Source: Fervidobacterium sp. (GTDB taxonomy: Bacteria; Thermotogota; Thermotogae; Thermotogales; Fervidobacteriaceae). Taken from it: DNA of 64,000 nucleotides. Shown here one piece after another: positions 49,684 to 60,159 of this stretch; within the stretch, counting starts at the first letter, position 1; every line of letters starts with the position of its first letter. The position numbers and the translations under genes are program-made. The stretch spans positions 84,406 to 148,405 of the forward strand of contig JBMFNR010000002.1 in NCBI GenBank assembly GCA_049970055.1, in the 5' to 3' direction. Under the pieces are notes generated by a model. The model saw only the letters and a list, made by a program, of their open reading frames with translations. It was not told the DNA's origin and made no database searches.

Positions 49684-50373
49684 TTAAGCGTTACTTCTTA
49701 TTTTCTTGTCTTCCACAACCGTCCCATTCTCAAGAACCACGATCCTATCACATAAATCTTGAAAAAGCTCAGGTTCATGCGTTGTTATTAAATAACCCTT
49801 ATTTTCGTAATGAAATTTCTCAAGAATTTCTCTAATCGATAGATAACCTTTTAAATCAAGCCCTGCTGTTGGCTCGTCAAAGATCAAAAATTCTGGATTA
49901 TGGAGCAAAACAGAGGCTATTGCAATTTTTCTCTGCTCTCCACCGGAAAGTTTAAAAGGTGATGAATGGAGTATATCTTCACTAAGTCCAACTTTGGTTA
50001 TCAGTTTCTTCAAATCTTCCTGTGAATATGGCACACCAAAATTCTTTGCAGCGTATGTTATCTCCTGCTCTACTGTTTCGTTAAAAAATTGCCTCTCGGG
50101 GATTTGGAAAGCTACACCAAATCTTTTTCTATAATTATATGCATTTTCAAATGGATTATTACCATCATAAAACATTTTTCCAAATGTTGGTTTTATGAGT
50201 AGGTCAAGAAGATATATCAGTGTTGTTTTTCCAGAACCAGTATTCCCAACAAGTAAAATTCTCTCTTCACTTGAAAATGTTAAATTTATACCTTTCAGTG
50301 CAACTTTTTCAACGTCTGTACCTTTCTCAAAAATCACGGAAATATCCATTAACTCTATCTTCAACTTTATCAC
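49684..50373 (-). CDS. ECF transporter ATPase (EcfA2/CbiO-like)
   Basis: GNTGSGKTT, FQIPERQFF.ETV, SPFKLSGGEQRKIAIA, FDEPTAGLD. Confidence 0.88.
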   Translation of the reverse strand: MIKLKIELMDISVIFEKGTDVEKVALKGINLTFSSEERILLVGNTGSGKTTLIYLLDLLIKPTFGKMFYDGNNPFENAYNYRKRFGVAFQIPERQFFNETVEQEITYAAKNFGVPYSQEDLKKLITKVGLSEDILHSSPFKLSGGEQRKIAIASVLLHNPEFLIFDEPTAGLDLKGYLSIREILEKFHYENKGYLITTHEPELFQDLCDRIVVLENGTVVEDKKIRSNA

Positions 50374-50381
50374 TCACTTGT

Positions 50382-51008
50382 TCAGAATTGTTTCTTCGAA
50401 AGATAGATCCTTATTCCACCCTCTTTCCAAATATCTTCAACATTTCCAAATATCTCTTTCATATAATTCTTAATCCTTTCTCCTCCTTTATTGTGATATG
50501 CAACAAGTTGAAGTGTACCACCCTCTTCTAAATGCTCCAAAGCACCCTCGACAAGTTTCATCCACACTTCTTTTCCAGCAACGATGGGTGGGTTTGAAAT
50601 TATGTGGTTAAATTTGTAACCTTCCCAAGGTTCATACAAGTTCCCGTTTCTTATATCTGCTTCAATATTATTTTCCTTTGCGTTTATCTTAGCAAATTCA
50701 ACAGCTCTTCTGTTGATATCTGACATATAAAGTTCTATCGATGGATTTTCTTTCTTCAACACTATTCCGAGTACCCCATACCCGCACCCTATATCCAAGA
50801 CCTTACCTCCAACCTCTTTGCAATGATTGATAAGTATCTGCGACGCTTTATCTATCTTCCCGAATGAATAAACACCTGATGGTGTTTTGAACTTGTAAAG
50901 ATGACCATTTTTTAACTCAAACTCCACCTCTCTTATTTTAAGTGCCGAATGCGGTTCCTCAGTATAATAATGTTCGAAATTGTTATCCATTCCTTCTTTT
51001 TTTGTCAA
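50382..51008 (-). CDS. Class I SAM-dependent methyltransferase (RsmC/YbxB-like)
   Basis: EHYY, SGVYS...ID, VLDIGCGYG, SNPP. TTG 51008 behind GGAGG. Confidence 0.88.
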   Translation of the reverse strand: MTKKEGMDNNFEHYYTEEPHSALKIREVEFELKNGHLYKFKTPSGVYSFGKIDKASQILINHCKEVGGKVLDIGCGYGVLGIVLKKENPSIELYMSDINRRAVEFAKINAKENNIEADIRNGNLYEPWEGYKFNHIISNPPIVAGKEVWMKLVEGALEHLEEGGTLQLVAYHNKGGERIKNYMKEIFGNVEDIWKEGGIRIYLSKKQF

Positions 51009-51027
51009 TTTTAACACCTCCAAAAGT

Positions 51028-52119
51028 TTAAATTTTTGATAACTCTTTTAATGGCTCTTTAATTTTTTGTTGGTACTCTCTTTTTTGAATGTTTGAACTT
51101 GAAGCATTTATAAGTGATTCTATGTCCTTCCCATCTTTTCCATATTCTGCCAATCCAATTGTTGATGAAACGTGCAGTTCCATGTTATTCAGAAATCTGT
51201 CCATAGTATCATAGACCCTTTGGATAAGTGCTTCTGGAACTTCGTTTGATATGCTTAGTATGACAAACCTTCCACGTTCAATCGAGCACAAAATATCACT
51301 CTTTCTAAGTACTTTTTCAACAGCTTTTGAAAGCTTCTTTAAAACATTGTTTCCAAATTCTACGCCTTCTTTCCTATCCAGTTCACTAAAATTATCGAGT
51401 GATATGATCAAAAAGAATAATCTTCCTAAATTTCTTTTTGCCATCGAAACATACCTTTCAAAATAATTACCCAGCGCTCTATAATTCGGCAAAAACGTTA
51501 TGGGATCGATAAGCATAACTCGATTTACTTGTTCCATATGATCTTTCAAAGATTTTATAAGCTCGAATCTTTCAACTGACAATGAGAGCAGAGTTCCAAT
51601 CATCTCAGCAAATGGAAGAAAGCCTTTTTCTTCAAATGTTTCTTCACTGTCCCACGTATCAAGGTTAAAAAAGCCTACGATCTTTCTTTGAACCTTTATA
51701 GGAATAGAAACAAAAGCTTTTATATTTTCAATACTTTTTGACTCTTTCAAAGATTCTGCTGGTACGCCTAATTTTTGCGATAATTCTTTAATTAGATCTA
51801 TCGATCCTCTTTTCATAATATAAACATTTTTATAGCGTCTCAAAGCTATTTCTTCCTTTGTATATTTTACGTTCTTTAACAAATCGAAGTTGTGGTTGCA
51901 AGCTGCCACGTAATAGAAGACCCCATCTTCATCTTTTAGCAAAACGCTACCGCTATGTATAAACGAAACGTTGTCCACAATAGTCTTCAACAATGCTTCA
52001 TATTCTTTACCCTTTAAAGGGGTTTTTCGCTCCGTTGATAATTCAAGTAAGAACTCAGAAAATTTAATAAACGCTTTCTCCAATTCCCTGTGGATTTCTT
52101 CGCTCACAATATCTTTCAC
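51028..52119 (-). CDS. GAF + degenerate GGDEF domain protein
   Basis: GAF (SIPI....IVGFFNLD) and GGDEF fold (DPITFLPNYR, LDNF..LD..G...GN..LK). Active site reads ERGRF. Confidence 0.8.
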   Translation of the reverse strand: MKDIVSEEIHRELEKAFIKFSEFLLELSTERKTPLKGKEYEALLKTIVDNVSFIHSGSVLLKDEDGVFYYVAACNHNFDLLKNVKYTKEEIALRRYKNVYIMKRGSIDLIKELSQKLGVPAESLKESKSIENIKAFVSIPIKVQRKIVGFFNLDTWDSEETFEEKGFLPFAEMIGTLLSLSVERFELIKSLKDHMEQVNRVMLIDPITFLPNYRALGNYFERYVSMAKRNLGRLFFLIISLDNFSELDRKEGVEFGNNVLKKLSKAVEKVLRKSDILCSIERGRFVILSISNEVPEALIQRVYDTMDRFLNNMELHVSSTIGLAEYGKDGKDIESLINASSSNIQKREYQQKIKEPLKELSKI

Positions 52120-52319
52120 CTCTTGAATATATCATTACATATCATTGCCAATCATTGCCGAAGATTTCGCACAAAATTACTATTTTTTCTGATATAATAT
52201 AAGCAGACTACAAAAATATTCTAACATAATCCAGCTTAGATTACGTGTGTTTTTTTATAATTTGCGTTTTAGCAATTATTATGTAATTTTTTGATTATTT
52301 TGTTAACTAATGTAGGCAA

Positions 52320-55300
52320 ATGTTTAAAGAGGTGAGGGAAATAGCTATTCCTGGTTATTGGATATATTTAGTATTTTTCCTTTTGTACAACGTAATTCTT
52401 TCTTTTCAGATGCTTTTAACATTTCTAAAGTACAAAAACAGGTCCTTAGGTTTTTCAGGGATTTTTCTTTCACTACTAATAGCCATATATTCTTTTGGAT
52501 ACGCCATGGAGATACTCGCTATTTTGAATAACAACAGAATTTCCGCGTTCAATTGGTACAAGTTTAAATATATTTCAGTACCTTTCCTTTCACTAAGCTG
52601 GCTTGCTTTTTTGACAATTTTAGTCGGTAAGAAAATAAAGGTTAAAATTTTCACTTCGTTGGCTACTGTACCCATCATTGTTCTCATATCAGTTTTAGCA
52701 AACAATCTGCATAATTTATATGTGAAAGGTTATCTTGAAAGCGGCAGATATACAATCCCCGGCCCAATTTTTTACGTACATATAGTATATCAGATCACCT
52801 TAGTGTTTATATCTTGCATCATTTTGCTAAAATCTATAAAGCATGAAATGACATACGTTCAAAAAAACACCATTATACATTTATCAGCGGCTCTATTGAT
52901 CCCATCATTATTGAACATAGTTTATGTCTTGCTTAAGTTAAAAGTAGATCTTACAGTTTTTGGCCTTGGTATTTCAATGATTATCTTGCTTTACGAAGTG
53001 CAAAAAGTGTCTGGAATCGACTTAAAAGAAGCGATAAAAGAAACAGTATATAACTCGACCAATGATATGATTTTAGTTATAAACGATAAAAATATCATAA
53101 TCGATTACAATGAAAAATTCAAGCAGATGGCAGAAAACATATTAAATGTTAAAGAACTGAAATTTAAGAATGTGCAGAATGTGCTTTCTGCTGAATGTAT
53201 ATCAGCAATAGAAAATGAAAACGGTATAGTGGAAAAACATGGATATTACTTTCAAATAAAGGTAAGTGAAGTAAAAAATAAGAGTGGAAAAATTGTTGGG
53301 AAAGTCGTTTTTTTCCATGATATTACTGATATAAAAGAGCTTGAAAAGAAAAGATTTCTGGAAAATGAAATGTACAAAACACTATTTGAGTTCGCCCCTA
53401 TTGGTATACTGATCGAAGATTCAGCTGGAAATATTTTAGATGCTAACGAAGAATTCTGTAAAATAAATGGTTTGTCCAAAGATGAAATCATCGGCAAGCA
53501 CGTTTCTGTGTTAGCTCCTAAAGAAGACTATGAAAAAGTTATCAAGAACATTCAAAGTATCCTATCGGGTAAAACGTTGGTTCACATCGCTCGAAGTATT
53601 TTCAAAAACGGTCCGATTAAGTATCTTCAATTGTACGAAAGAAAGGTAACGCTACCTAACAATAATACAGGAATATTATCTATACAAAAAGACATCACAA
53701 AAGAAATATTAGCACGCGATTTAGTAAAATCACTGGCAAAAAGTCAAAACACCATACTAAATCTTGCACTGAATCTTATTAACGCACCTGTAGAGAATAT
53801 GGACATTGAAATCTCAAGAGCTTTAGAATTGGTGGCTAAAGAGCTGAACATTGATCGAATAAGGGTTTATAAAATATCACAAAACGGTGAATTTCAAACT
53901 CTCAATATGTTTAGTTTTCCGGCAAACGAAACTCCAATCTCGTTCAATATAGATGACGTAAAAGGTAATGAACTCGATCTTTTGCTCAGTGGTAAACAAT
54001 TCTCAATCTTTAAAGAAGATACGTCGAATCAGGTTATAAAAAATATACTCGGCGAATATTGCTGCACACTAATAACACCGATAAGATCTAAGGATCAAGT
54101 AATTGGCTTTGTAAGTGCAGTTTCAAAAGAGAAAAAAGAATGGTCAGTCGTTGAAAAACGAATATTATTAATACTCACAACGCTTATTGCAAATGCTCAA
54201 ATAAAAAAGGAATACGAAGAAGAACTTCTCAAAGCTAAGCAAGAAGCTGAAAAAGCTAACTATGCAAAAAGCGCATTTCTTGCAAGCGTTAGCCACGAGA
54301 TAAGAACACCACTAAATGGAATAATAGGATTTGCAAATTTACTTGCTGAAACCAAACTTGACGAAAAGCAGAGAAAATACATTTCAATTATCCTTAAGTC
54401 AACAGACGTTCTAATGGAGATAATAAATGATGTATTAGATCTTTCAAAAATCGAGAGTGGTAAATTTCAAATTGAACCTATCGAAACAAACGTAAAAACG
54501 GAACTTCAAAGTGCACTTACATTGTACGAAGCAAAAGCAAAAGAGAAGAATGTTAGTTATGAAATTTTTATTGATGAAAACATCTCAGGTTGTCTTATTA
54601 TCGATATTGTTAGAATCAATCAGGTAATCTACAATCTGGTAAGTAACGCGATAAAATTTACACCAGCAGGTGGCTCAGTGAAAGTCTCAATAAAAAAAAT
54701 CTCAGAAGACACTGAATTTGAAACTCTTTTATTTTCTGTAAGAGATACAGGCATAGGTATACCAAAGGAACGACTTAATAAGGTATTTGAGCCCTTTGAA
54801 CAAGCTGACATTTCGATAACGCGAAAATACGGTGGGACGGGTCTGGGGCTTTCGATAAGCCAAAATATCGTTAATATGATGGGATCTAAGATGAAGGTTG
54901 AAAGTGAGGAAGGAAAGGGAAGTCACTTTTATTTCAAACTAAAAGTTAAAAAATGTGCTAAAAAGCTTGTTGAACGAAAAACCACAGATGGAGGAAAAAT
55001 AAAATATAAAGCAAAAGTGCTTGTTGCTGAAGATTATGACATCAACAGATTACTGATGTTAGAAATTTTCAAACGTTACGATATAGAACCAGACTTTGCC
55101 AAAGATGGAAGAGAAGCTGTTGAAATGGCTTTAAAAAATAGTTACGATATTATCTTTATGGACATTTTAATGCCTGTAATGGACGGCATAGAGGCAACAA
55201 AGAAAATACGAGCCGCTAATATTGATGTTCCAATAATAGCGTTAACAGCACACGCACTAAAAAGTGTAAAAGATGACGTAATGGCTGTAGGAATGAACGA

Positions 55301-55817
55301 TTATTTAACAAAACCAATTAAGCTTGAGGAAATTGAAAGAGTGTTGGAAAAATTTTGCAAACATTTGTCTATAGCAGTTAATGAAATCGAAAGTCAAAAA
55401 AAGACTGAATCGGAAAAACAAGAAAACGAAAGATCAGACGAATTTACAAAGCAAATCGATGAAGCTTTTGAAAACACAAAGACTCAACAAGGATTTGATG
55501 ATGAATTTATGAGGGAGTTGGTTCTCACGTTCATTGCTTCATCAAAGAAAAGTATCACAAACATAAAATATGCAATTTCAAACTTGGATTTTAATACGAT
55601 TGAAAGAGAGGCACACAGTATCAAAGGAGCTGCGAAGACTTTGAATTTGACTGACATTGTGGATTTGTCTTACGCAGTGGAAAAGAACGCAATGGAAAAA
55701 GATGTCAAATTCGATTACAAATTATACACTGAGAAATTAGAGGAGAAAATAAATAATGTAATTACCTTCTTCGAGAAAAAGTACAACACAAAGATTAACA
55801 GCATCAATAAAAATTAA
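52320..55817 (+). CDS. Hybrid sensor kinase (7TM-PAS-PAS-GAF-HisKA-HATPase-REC-HPt)
   Basis: About 7 N-terminal TMs, [48 protein letters not shown]. Confidence 0.92.
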   Translation: MFKEVREIAIPGYWIYLVFFLLYNVILSFQMLLTFLKYKNRSLGFSGIFLSLLIAIYSFGYAMEILAILNNNRISAFNWYKFKYISVPFLSLSWLAFLTILVGKKIKVKIFTSLATVPIIVLISVLANNLHNLYVKGYLESGRYTIPGPIFYVHIVYQITLVFISCIILLKSIKHEMTYVQKNTIIHLSAALLIPSLLNIVYVLLKLKVDLTVFGLGISMIILLYEVQKVSGIDLKEAIKETVYNSTNDMILVINDKNIIIDYNEKFKQMAENILNVKELKFKNVQNVLSAECISAIENENGIVEKHGYYFQIKVSEVKNKSGKIVGKVVFFHDITDIKELEKKRFLENEMYKTLFEFAPIGILIEDSAGNILDANEEFCKINGLSKDEIIGKHVSVLAPKEDYEKVIKNIQSILSGKTLVHIARSIFKNGPIKYLQLYERKVTLPNNNTGILSIQKDITKEILARDLVKSLAKSQNTILNLALNLINAPVENMDIEISRALELVAKELNIDRIRVYKISQNGEFQTLNMFSFPANETPISFNIDDVKGNELDLLLSGKQFSIFKEDTSNQVIKNILGEYCCTLITPIRSKDQVIGFVSAVSKEKKEWSVVEKRILLILTTLIANAQIKKEYEEELLKAKQEAEKANYAKSAFLASVSHEIRTPLNGIIGFANLLAETKLDEKQRKYISIILKSTDVLMEIINDVLDLSKIESGKFQIEPIETNVKTELQSALTLYEAKAKEKNVSYEIFIDENISGCLIIDIVRINQVIYNLVSNAIKFTPAGGSVKVSIKKISEDTEFETLLFSVRDTGIGIPKERLNKVFEPFEQADISITRKYGGTGLGLSISQNIVNMMGSKMKVESEEGKGSHFYFKLKVKKCAKKLVERKTTDGGKIKYKAKVLVAEDYDINRLLMLEIFKRYDIEPDFAKDGREAVEMALKNSYDIIFMDILMPVMDGIEATKKIRAANIDVPIIALTAHALKSVKDDVMAVGMNDYLTKPIKLEEIERVLEKFCKHLSIAVNEIESQKKTESEKQENERSDEFTKQIDEAFENTKTQQGFDDEFMRELVLTFIASSKKSITNIKYAISNLDFNTIEREAHSIKGAAKTLNLTDIVDLSYAVEKNAMEKDVKFDYKLYTEKLEEKINNVITFFEKKYNTKINSINKN

Positions 55818-55841
55818 AAAGATTAACAAATACGAAAATAA

Positions 55842-57071
55842 CTAACAATGACCGATAAAATCAATGATATCTTCGTCAAATTTTCTCAGAGAATTAGTTA
55901 AGAATTCTGTTCTTTTTATGGTTTCCTCAACGTTTTTCGCAGCAAATCCATTTCCGCACGGAATATTAACATTTTTTAATGCCAACTTGGAAGCATTTAA
56001 AGCCATCTGAGTGCCGATACTTGCTTTCAAAGCGCACCCTCTTTTAGCTCCATCACAAGTAATGCCAAAAAGTGTAGCGAGGACGTTATTTATAGAATTT
56101 TTTATCTGCTCACTACCCCCACCTGAAAGATAAGTAATTGCGGCACTGCTCCCAGCTGAGGCTATGGAGCCTGCACCACAGATCGGTGTTAAGACACCCG
56201 TGTAAGCTTTTATATAAATTGTTACAAGTATACTCAATATAACAGCCTTTTGAATTCTATCTTCAGCAACGTTATTATTCAACCCGTACAAAGCGGGTGG
56301 TACGATACAAGAGATACCTTGATTTCCACTGCCCGCAACTGTCATTACAGGGATCAAAGCTCCACTCATTCGTTCATCTACACCAGCAGCTACATATGCT
56401 GGGATACCTTCTTCTAGTGCAAAGCCAAAGTTACCTTCTTTCTTTAGACCTTGTTTTGCCGCATTTAAGTTGTAAGTTATCCCTTCTTTTACCAACTCTA
56501 TAACATCATCGTGTGGATTTTCAATGTATTTTAGTAAATCATTTAATGTGATTGATTTTATAGAGTCTTTTTTAAAACTTACACTTGTCTGCGTGTTCAA
56601 AATTTCTTTTCCGTCAACAGTGATTTTGCTTACATTGTCGTGAGAATCTGTTATTTCGACTAAAACTTCATTGGCAGCTTTTAATCTTGTTTTTATATGC
56701 AAGTTGTATGAATTTTCGTATTTTATACTTACCTTTTCTTTCAATAAATAAGCGGCTGATAAGGCTTTTGAATCAACGTCCTTAAAAACTTGTAATCCTA
56801 ACTCATATTTTCCAACGATATAAGCCAGAGCAGCTGCAAGTTCAAAACCATGAAGATGCGTACCTGGAATACCAACTTCCAATCCATTCTTGTATGTGTT
56901 CCTATCCATTGCAACTTCAATACTTTCCAGTTCGCCTTTTAAGTACTTTTTCCCAACAGCAACAGATAAACCAACAGCAACAGGTTCTGTGCATCCGTAA
57001 GACAACTTAACGTTGTCGAAGAATATTTCTCTAATAATATCAAAATTATTCAGGTTGTTTAAATTCTTCAT
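55842..57071 (-). CDS. L-cysteine desulfidase (CyuA/YhaM family, serine dehydratase alpha-like)
   Basis: GCTEP, ERMSG..PVM..AGSGNQG, CG, CDGAK.GCALK. Start ATG 57071 overlaps the metF stop. Confidence 0.85.
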   Translation of the reverse strand: MKNLNNLNNFDIIREIFFDNVKLSYGCTEPVAVGLSVAVGKKYLKGELESIEVAMDRNTYKNGLEVGIPGTHLHGFELAAALAYIVGKYELGLQVFKDVDSKALSAAYLLKEKVSIKYENSYNLHIKTRLKAANEVLVEITDSHDNVSKITVDGKEILNTQTSVSFKKDSIKSITLNDLLKYIENPHDDVIELVKEGITYNLNAAKQGLKKEGNFGFALEEGIPAYVAAGVDERMSGALIPVMTVAGSGNQGISCIVPPALYGLNNNVAEDRIQKAVILSILVTIYIKAYTGVLTPICGAGSIASAGSSAAITYLSGGGSEQIKNSINNVLATLFGITCDGAKRGCALKASIGTQMALNASKLALKNVNIPCGNGFAAKNVEETIKRTEFLTNSLRKFDEDIIDFIGHC

Positions 57072-58003
57072 ACCGTAGCCTCCCTGAGGATTGTACAAAC
57101 TTCTTCGCCTCGTCCCATAGTAAATATATGAACACCCGGTGCACCTGCGTCAAAAAGTTCCTCGATAAGTTTAATGGTAAATTTTACTCCATTTCTGAAT
57201 TCTTCATCTTCCGATTTAGCATCTTCCATGAGGCTTACAAGTTCTTGGGGAATACTAACAAAGAATTTTTTCGGTATCGAATAAATTGATCTTTTACTAA
57301 CCACAGGCTTTACACCTGGAATAATGGGAACATCAATTCCACTCTCTCTACACTTATTAACAAAGTTTTTGTAAATTTCTGCTTCAAAAATCATTTGAGT
57401 AATTACAAACTGTGCTCCATTATCAACTTTTTCTTTTAAAACTTTCAAATCTACCTCGATATTTGGAGATCCAAAATGTTTTTCCGGATAACCAGCAACT
57501 CCTATGCAAAAATTTGTTGGTTTAGCTTTTGTATAAAGATAACTACCGCGATTCATAGATGAGATCTGTCTCACAAGTTCCACTGCATATTTATAATCGC
57601 CTTTAATTTTTGTTTCATTGGTTGCCTCTCCATGCACAACAAAAACATTCTCAATACCCATAATAGAAAGGTCTATGAGTATCTCTTCCATTTCGAATTT
57701 GTTCATACCTTTACAAACCAAATGCGGCACAACATCGATATTGTACCTCTTCATAAGAGCAGCAGTCAAACCGATTGTGCCCGGTCTTTTAACCTTTTGG
57801 ACCTTTATAATTCCATTTTTTGTTTCCAAATATTCAATTTCAACTGGATGCCTTGTTATGTTAATGAAAGATATATCATACTTCACTAGTCTATCAAGTG
57901 TGGAAAATACATTTTCAACATCTTCGCCTCTTTTGGGAGGAATTATCTCTATTGAAATTATCCTTTTATTTCTCAGTTTATCCACTACCTTCACATTTGA
58001 CAC
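57068..58003 (-). CDS. metF: Methylenetetrahydrofolate reductase
   Basis: SIEIIPPK, VPHL.C, IGVAGYPEKH, LKEKVDNGAQFVITQM.F, GVHIFTM. Confidence 0.92.
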   Translation of the reverse strand: MSNVKVVDKLRNKRIISIEIIPPKRGEDVENVFSTLDRLVKYDISFINITRHPVEIEYLETKNGIIKVQKVKRPGTIGLTAALMKRYNIDVVPHLVCKGMNKFEMEEILIDLSIMGIENVFVVHGEATNETKIKGDYKYAVELVRQISSMNRGSYLYTKAKPTNFCIGVAGYPEKHFGSPNIEVDLKVLKEKVDNGAQFVITQMIFEAEIYKNFVNKCRESGIDVPIIPGVKPVVSKRSIYSIPKKFFVSIPQELVSLMEDAKSEDEEFRNGVKFTIKLIEELFDAGAPGVHIFTMGRGEEVCTILREATV

Positions 58004-58006
58004 CTC

Positions 58007-58747
58007 TCACATTTCAATTTTAATATTTCCCAAAACGCCTAATCTATCGTTATATGCCACCACTATACCCTCGATGTGTTTTCCAATAGTGTTTTGCGCT
58101 TTTTCTAAAACAATTTTAATATCGTCCACAGATCTTACCATATTTGCAAATTTTGTTGCAAATGCATCGGCAATAGCTGCATCCTTAGCTACTACAACAA
58201 CAATGTCTGCGTTTCCGAAACTAAGCGAGTGCCCTATCTTTCCTGACGAACTACAAACACCATATTCACCTGGACCGATGACCAAAGAAACTTTGTTAAA
58301 ATCACTCTCAAAATTTGCAAAAATACCTATCCTTGTTTCGTCTTTTGAGTTTATATATATATCTCCACCATTTTCAATAATAACTTTCTCACACTCAAAC
58401 TTCTTAATTAAACTTTCTCCGATTATCTTTGCGAATGTTCCTGCAACACTTGCCATTGGTCCAACTTCCGCTAATCGTGAAGCTTCAACCATTATGCGCG
58501 CAACTTTAGGCATTTTCGGATTCGAATAAATTGGTTTCAAAGATTCATAGAAGTGTTTATCTACTTGTATGTAATCATATAGTGTATTGTACAATTTTTT
58601 GGCTAATTCATATGTATAATCAAGCATTTCGATAGAAAAAATATTTGACCGGATCCACAGATCTGTATATTTGTACTTCACATGGAAGTTTTGGAGATTA
58701 TCTGAAAATTTTTCGCGGTAAGACCTTTTCATTATTGGTATTTTCAC
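58007..58747 (-). CDS. UPF0280 / COG2122 (ApbE-like) protein
   Basis: VGPMASVAG, IENGGDI, GVCSSSGKIGHSLSFGNAD, ADAFAT. Confidence 0.88.
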   Translation of the reverse strand: MKIPIMKRSYREKFSDNLQNFHVKYKYTDLWIRSNIFSIEMLDYTYELAKKLYNTLYDYIQVDKHFYESLKPIYSNPKMPKVARIMVEASRLAEVGPMASVAGTFAKIIGESLIKKFECEKVIIENGGDIYINSKDETRIGIFANFESDFNKVSLVIGPGEYGVCSSSGKIGHSLSFGNADIVVVVAKDAAIADAFATKFANMVRSVDDIKIVLEKAQNTIGKHIEGIVVAYNDRLGVLGNIKIEM

Positions 58748-58772
58748 CCAACCTCATCCACCTTTTCCAACT

Positions 58773-60159
58773 TTAGTATGCGGTACTTTCGAATTTATTG
58801 TTTAATCCTTTTTCGTATGGCAACGTCAAATGTTCAGGACAGACATCGCTACATATCAAGCATTCCTTGCACTTCACAGTTTCGAAAAGAACCTCATCTC
58901 CTTTAAAGTAAAGTGCATCGTATTTACAAACACTAACACATGCTCCGCAGTGAAAACATGTCTTTACTAGCTTTTCTTTCAACTCCATGTAAGATTCTTC
59001 CATTGCTTCAGTCGCAAAGGAAACTTGGGCAAGATTCTTAAGTCTCCTTTCTTCCGATAACTTCTCAACAGCACTTGTTAAGAAAAAGTGCCCACTCTCC
59101 ATCCAATCTTTAAGTACCAAAGCAATCTGTCTAGCTTTTTTCAAACTTGAAAGTGGGCTTGTCTTAACTTTTTTTCCATTTATTTCAACATAACCACTCC
59201 GAAGCTCTTCATAACTTACAATCTTAACTAATGGTTTATCTATCTTCGAATAATCTCTTATCTCTGTATGTATCCTACTATTTGGTAAACTTACATAGTA
59301 GGCTATCTCTTCATCGAGAACAGGTATCGGTACACCTACGCCAACAAACAAAGTTACACCGTAGTTCTTAAAATACGCTCCTTTTATAAATTCTGAGCTC
59401 ATCTTCTTTGCATCTCCGACAAGTGCAAGTGTACGTGAAGCAATCAAAGGCACACCATATTCATTTTCTTTTACAATGTTTCTGAATTGTGTCCCATACC
59501 ATGCTATGTAGCCAATACCACCACCTAGGAATATTCTTGTACCAATCCCCATGGTTAAAAGTTTTGGATCCTTCAACAAAGGACTGAGCTCTCCCGAAGT
59601 TGAATAAATAATGTTACCATACTGTGGAAGAAGTTTTCCCATGTAAGTGTACAATATTTTATCTGAACCGTTAGTTGCAGCGGTATAGTTTTGATAAGCA
59701 TTTCTTGGATTGAACAAGAAAAAGTCGTTAATCATATCTTTGTCTATGTACGCCTTGAAATATTTTCCTGGATAACAATCCGTACCTTTTCCCCAAGCTT
59801 CGAGAAGTACCCTTTCACCTTATAATGAGCAATTCTATTATATGCCCACCACCAAAAGTTTTATCATAATCAGATTCTTGCGTTGCTCCAATGTAGCCAT
59901 CTACAGCGGCAATTCCTCCGTAGACATCCACTCCTCCAAGTTTTATCTTTTCCATTCTCATAGGTGGTAGAGTATGACCGAAGTTCATAAAAGCTCCACT
60001 CGAACACATAGGTGCAAACGTACCTGTTGTAACCACATCCACCTTTCTTGCAATTTCCTTAAATCCTTCTTCTTTTGACAATTTAACAACTTCTTCTGCT
60101 GTTAATATCACTGCTTTGCCTTCGGCAATTTTTTTGTTGATTTCTTCAATAGTTTTCAT
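58773..60159 (-). pseudogene. DUF39 homocysteine biosynthesis protein (aspartate-semialdehyde sulfurtransferase) with fused C-terminal 2x[4Fe-4S] domain, one frameshift
   Basis: MKTIEEINKKI..GKAVILTAEE, VDVVTTGTFAPMCSSGA, GTDCYP, NPRNAYQNY, LYTYMG, GIGTRIFLGG, and C-terminal CxxCxxCxxxC twice. One extra base near 59820 (ATT ATAA GGT) splits it into ORFs 59815-60177 and 58773-59735. Confidence 0.85.

Noticed and set aside
57618..58529. 303-aa plus-strand ORF and many similar 60-170 aa antisense ORFs in the track
   Set aside because: Shadow frames opposite well-supported genes, with Ser/Ile/Phe-rich composition typical of antisense translation.
59810..59830. Programmed ribosomal frameshift in DUF39
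   Set aside because: No slippery heptamer or stimulatory structure is evident, and the neighbouring aspartokinase has several lesions, so decay or error is more parsimonious.
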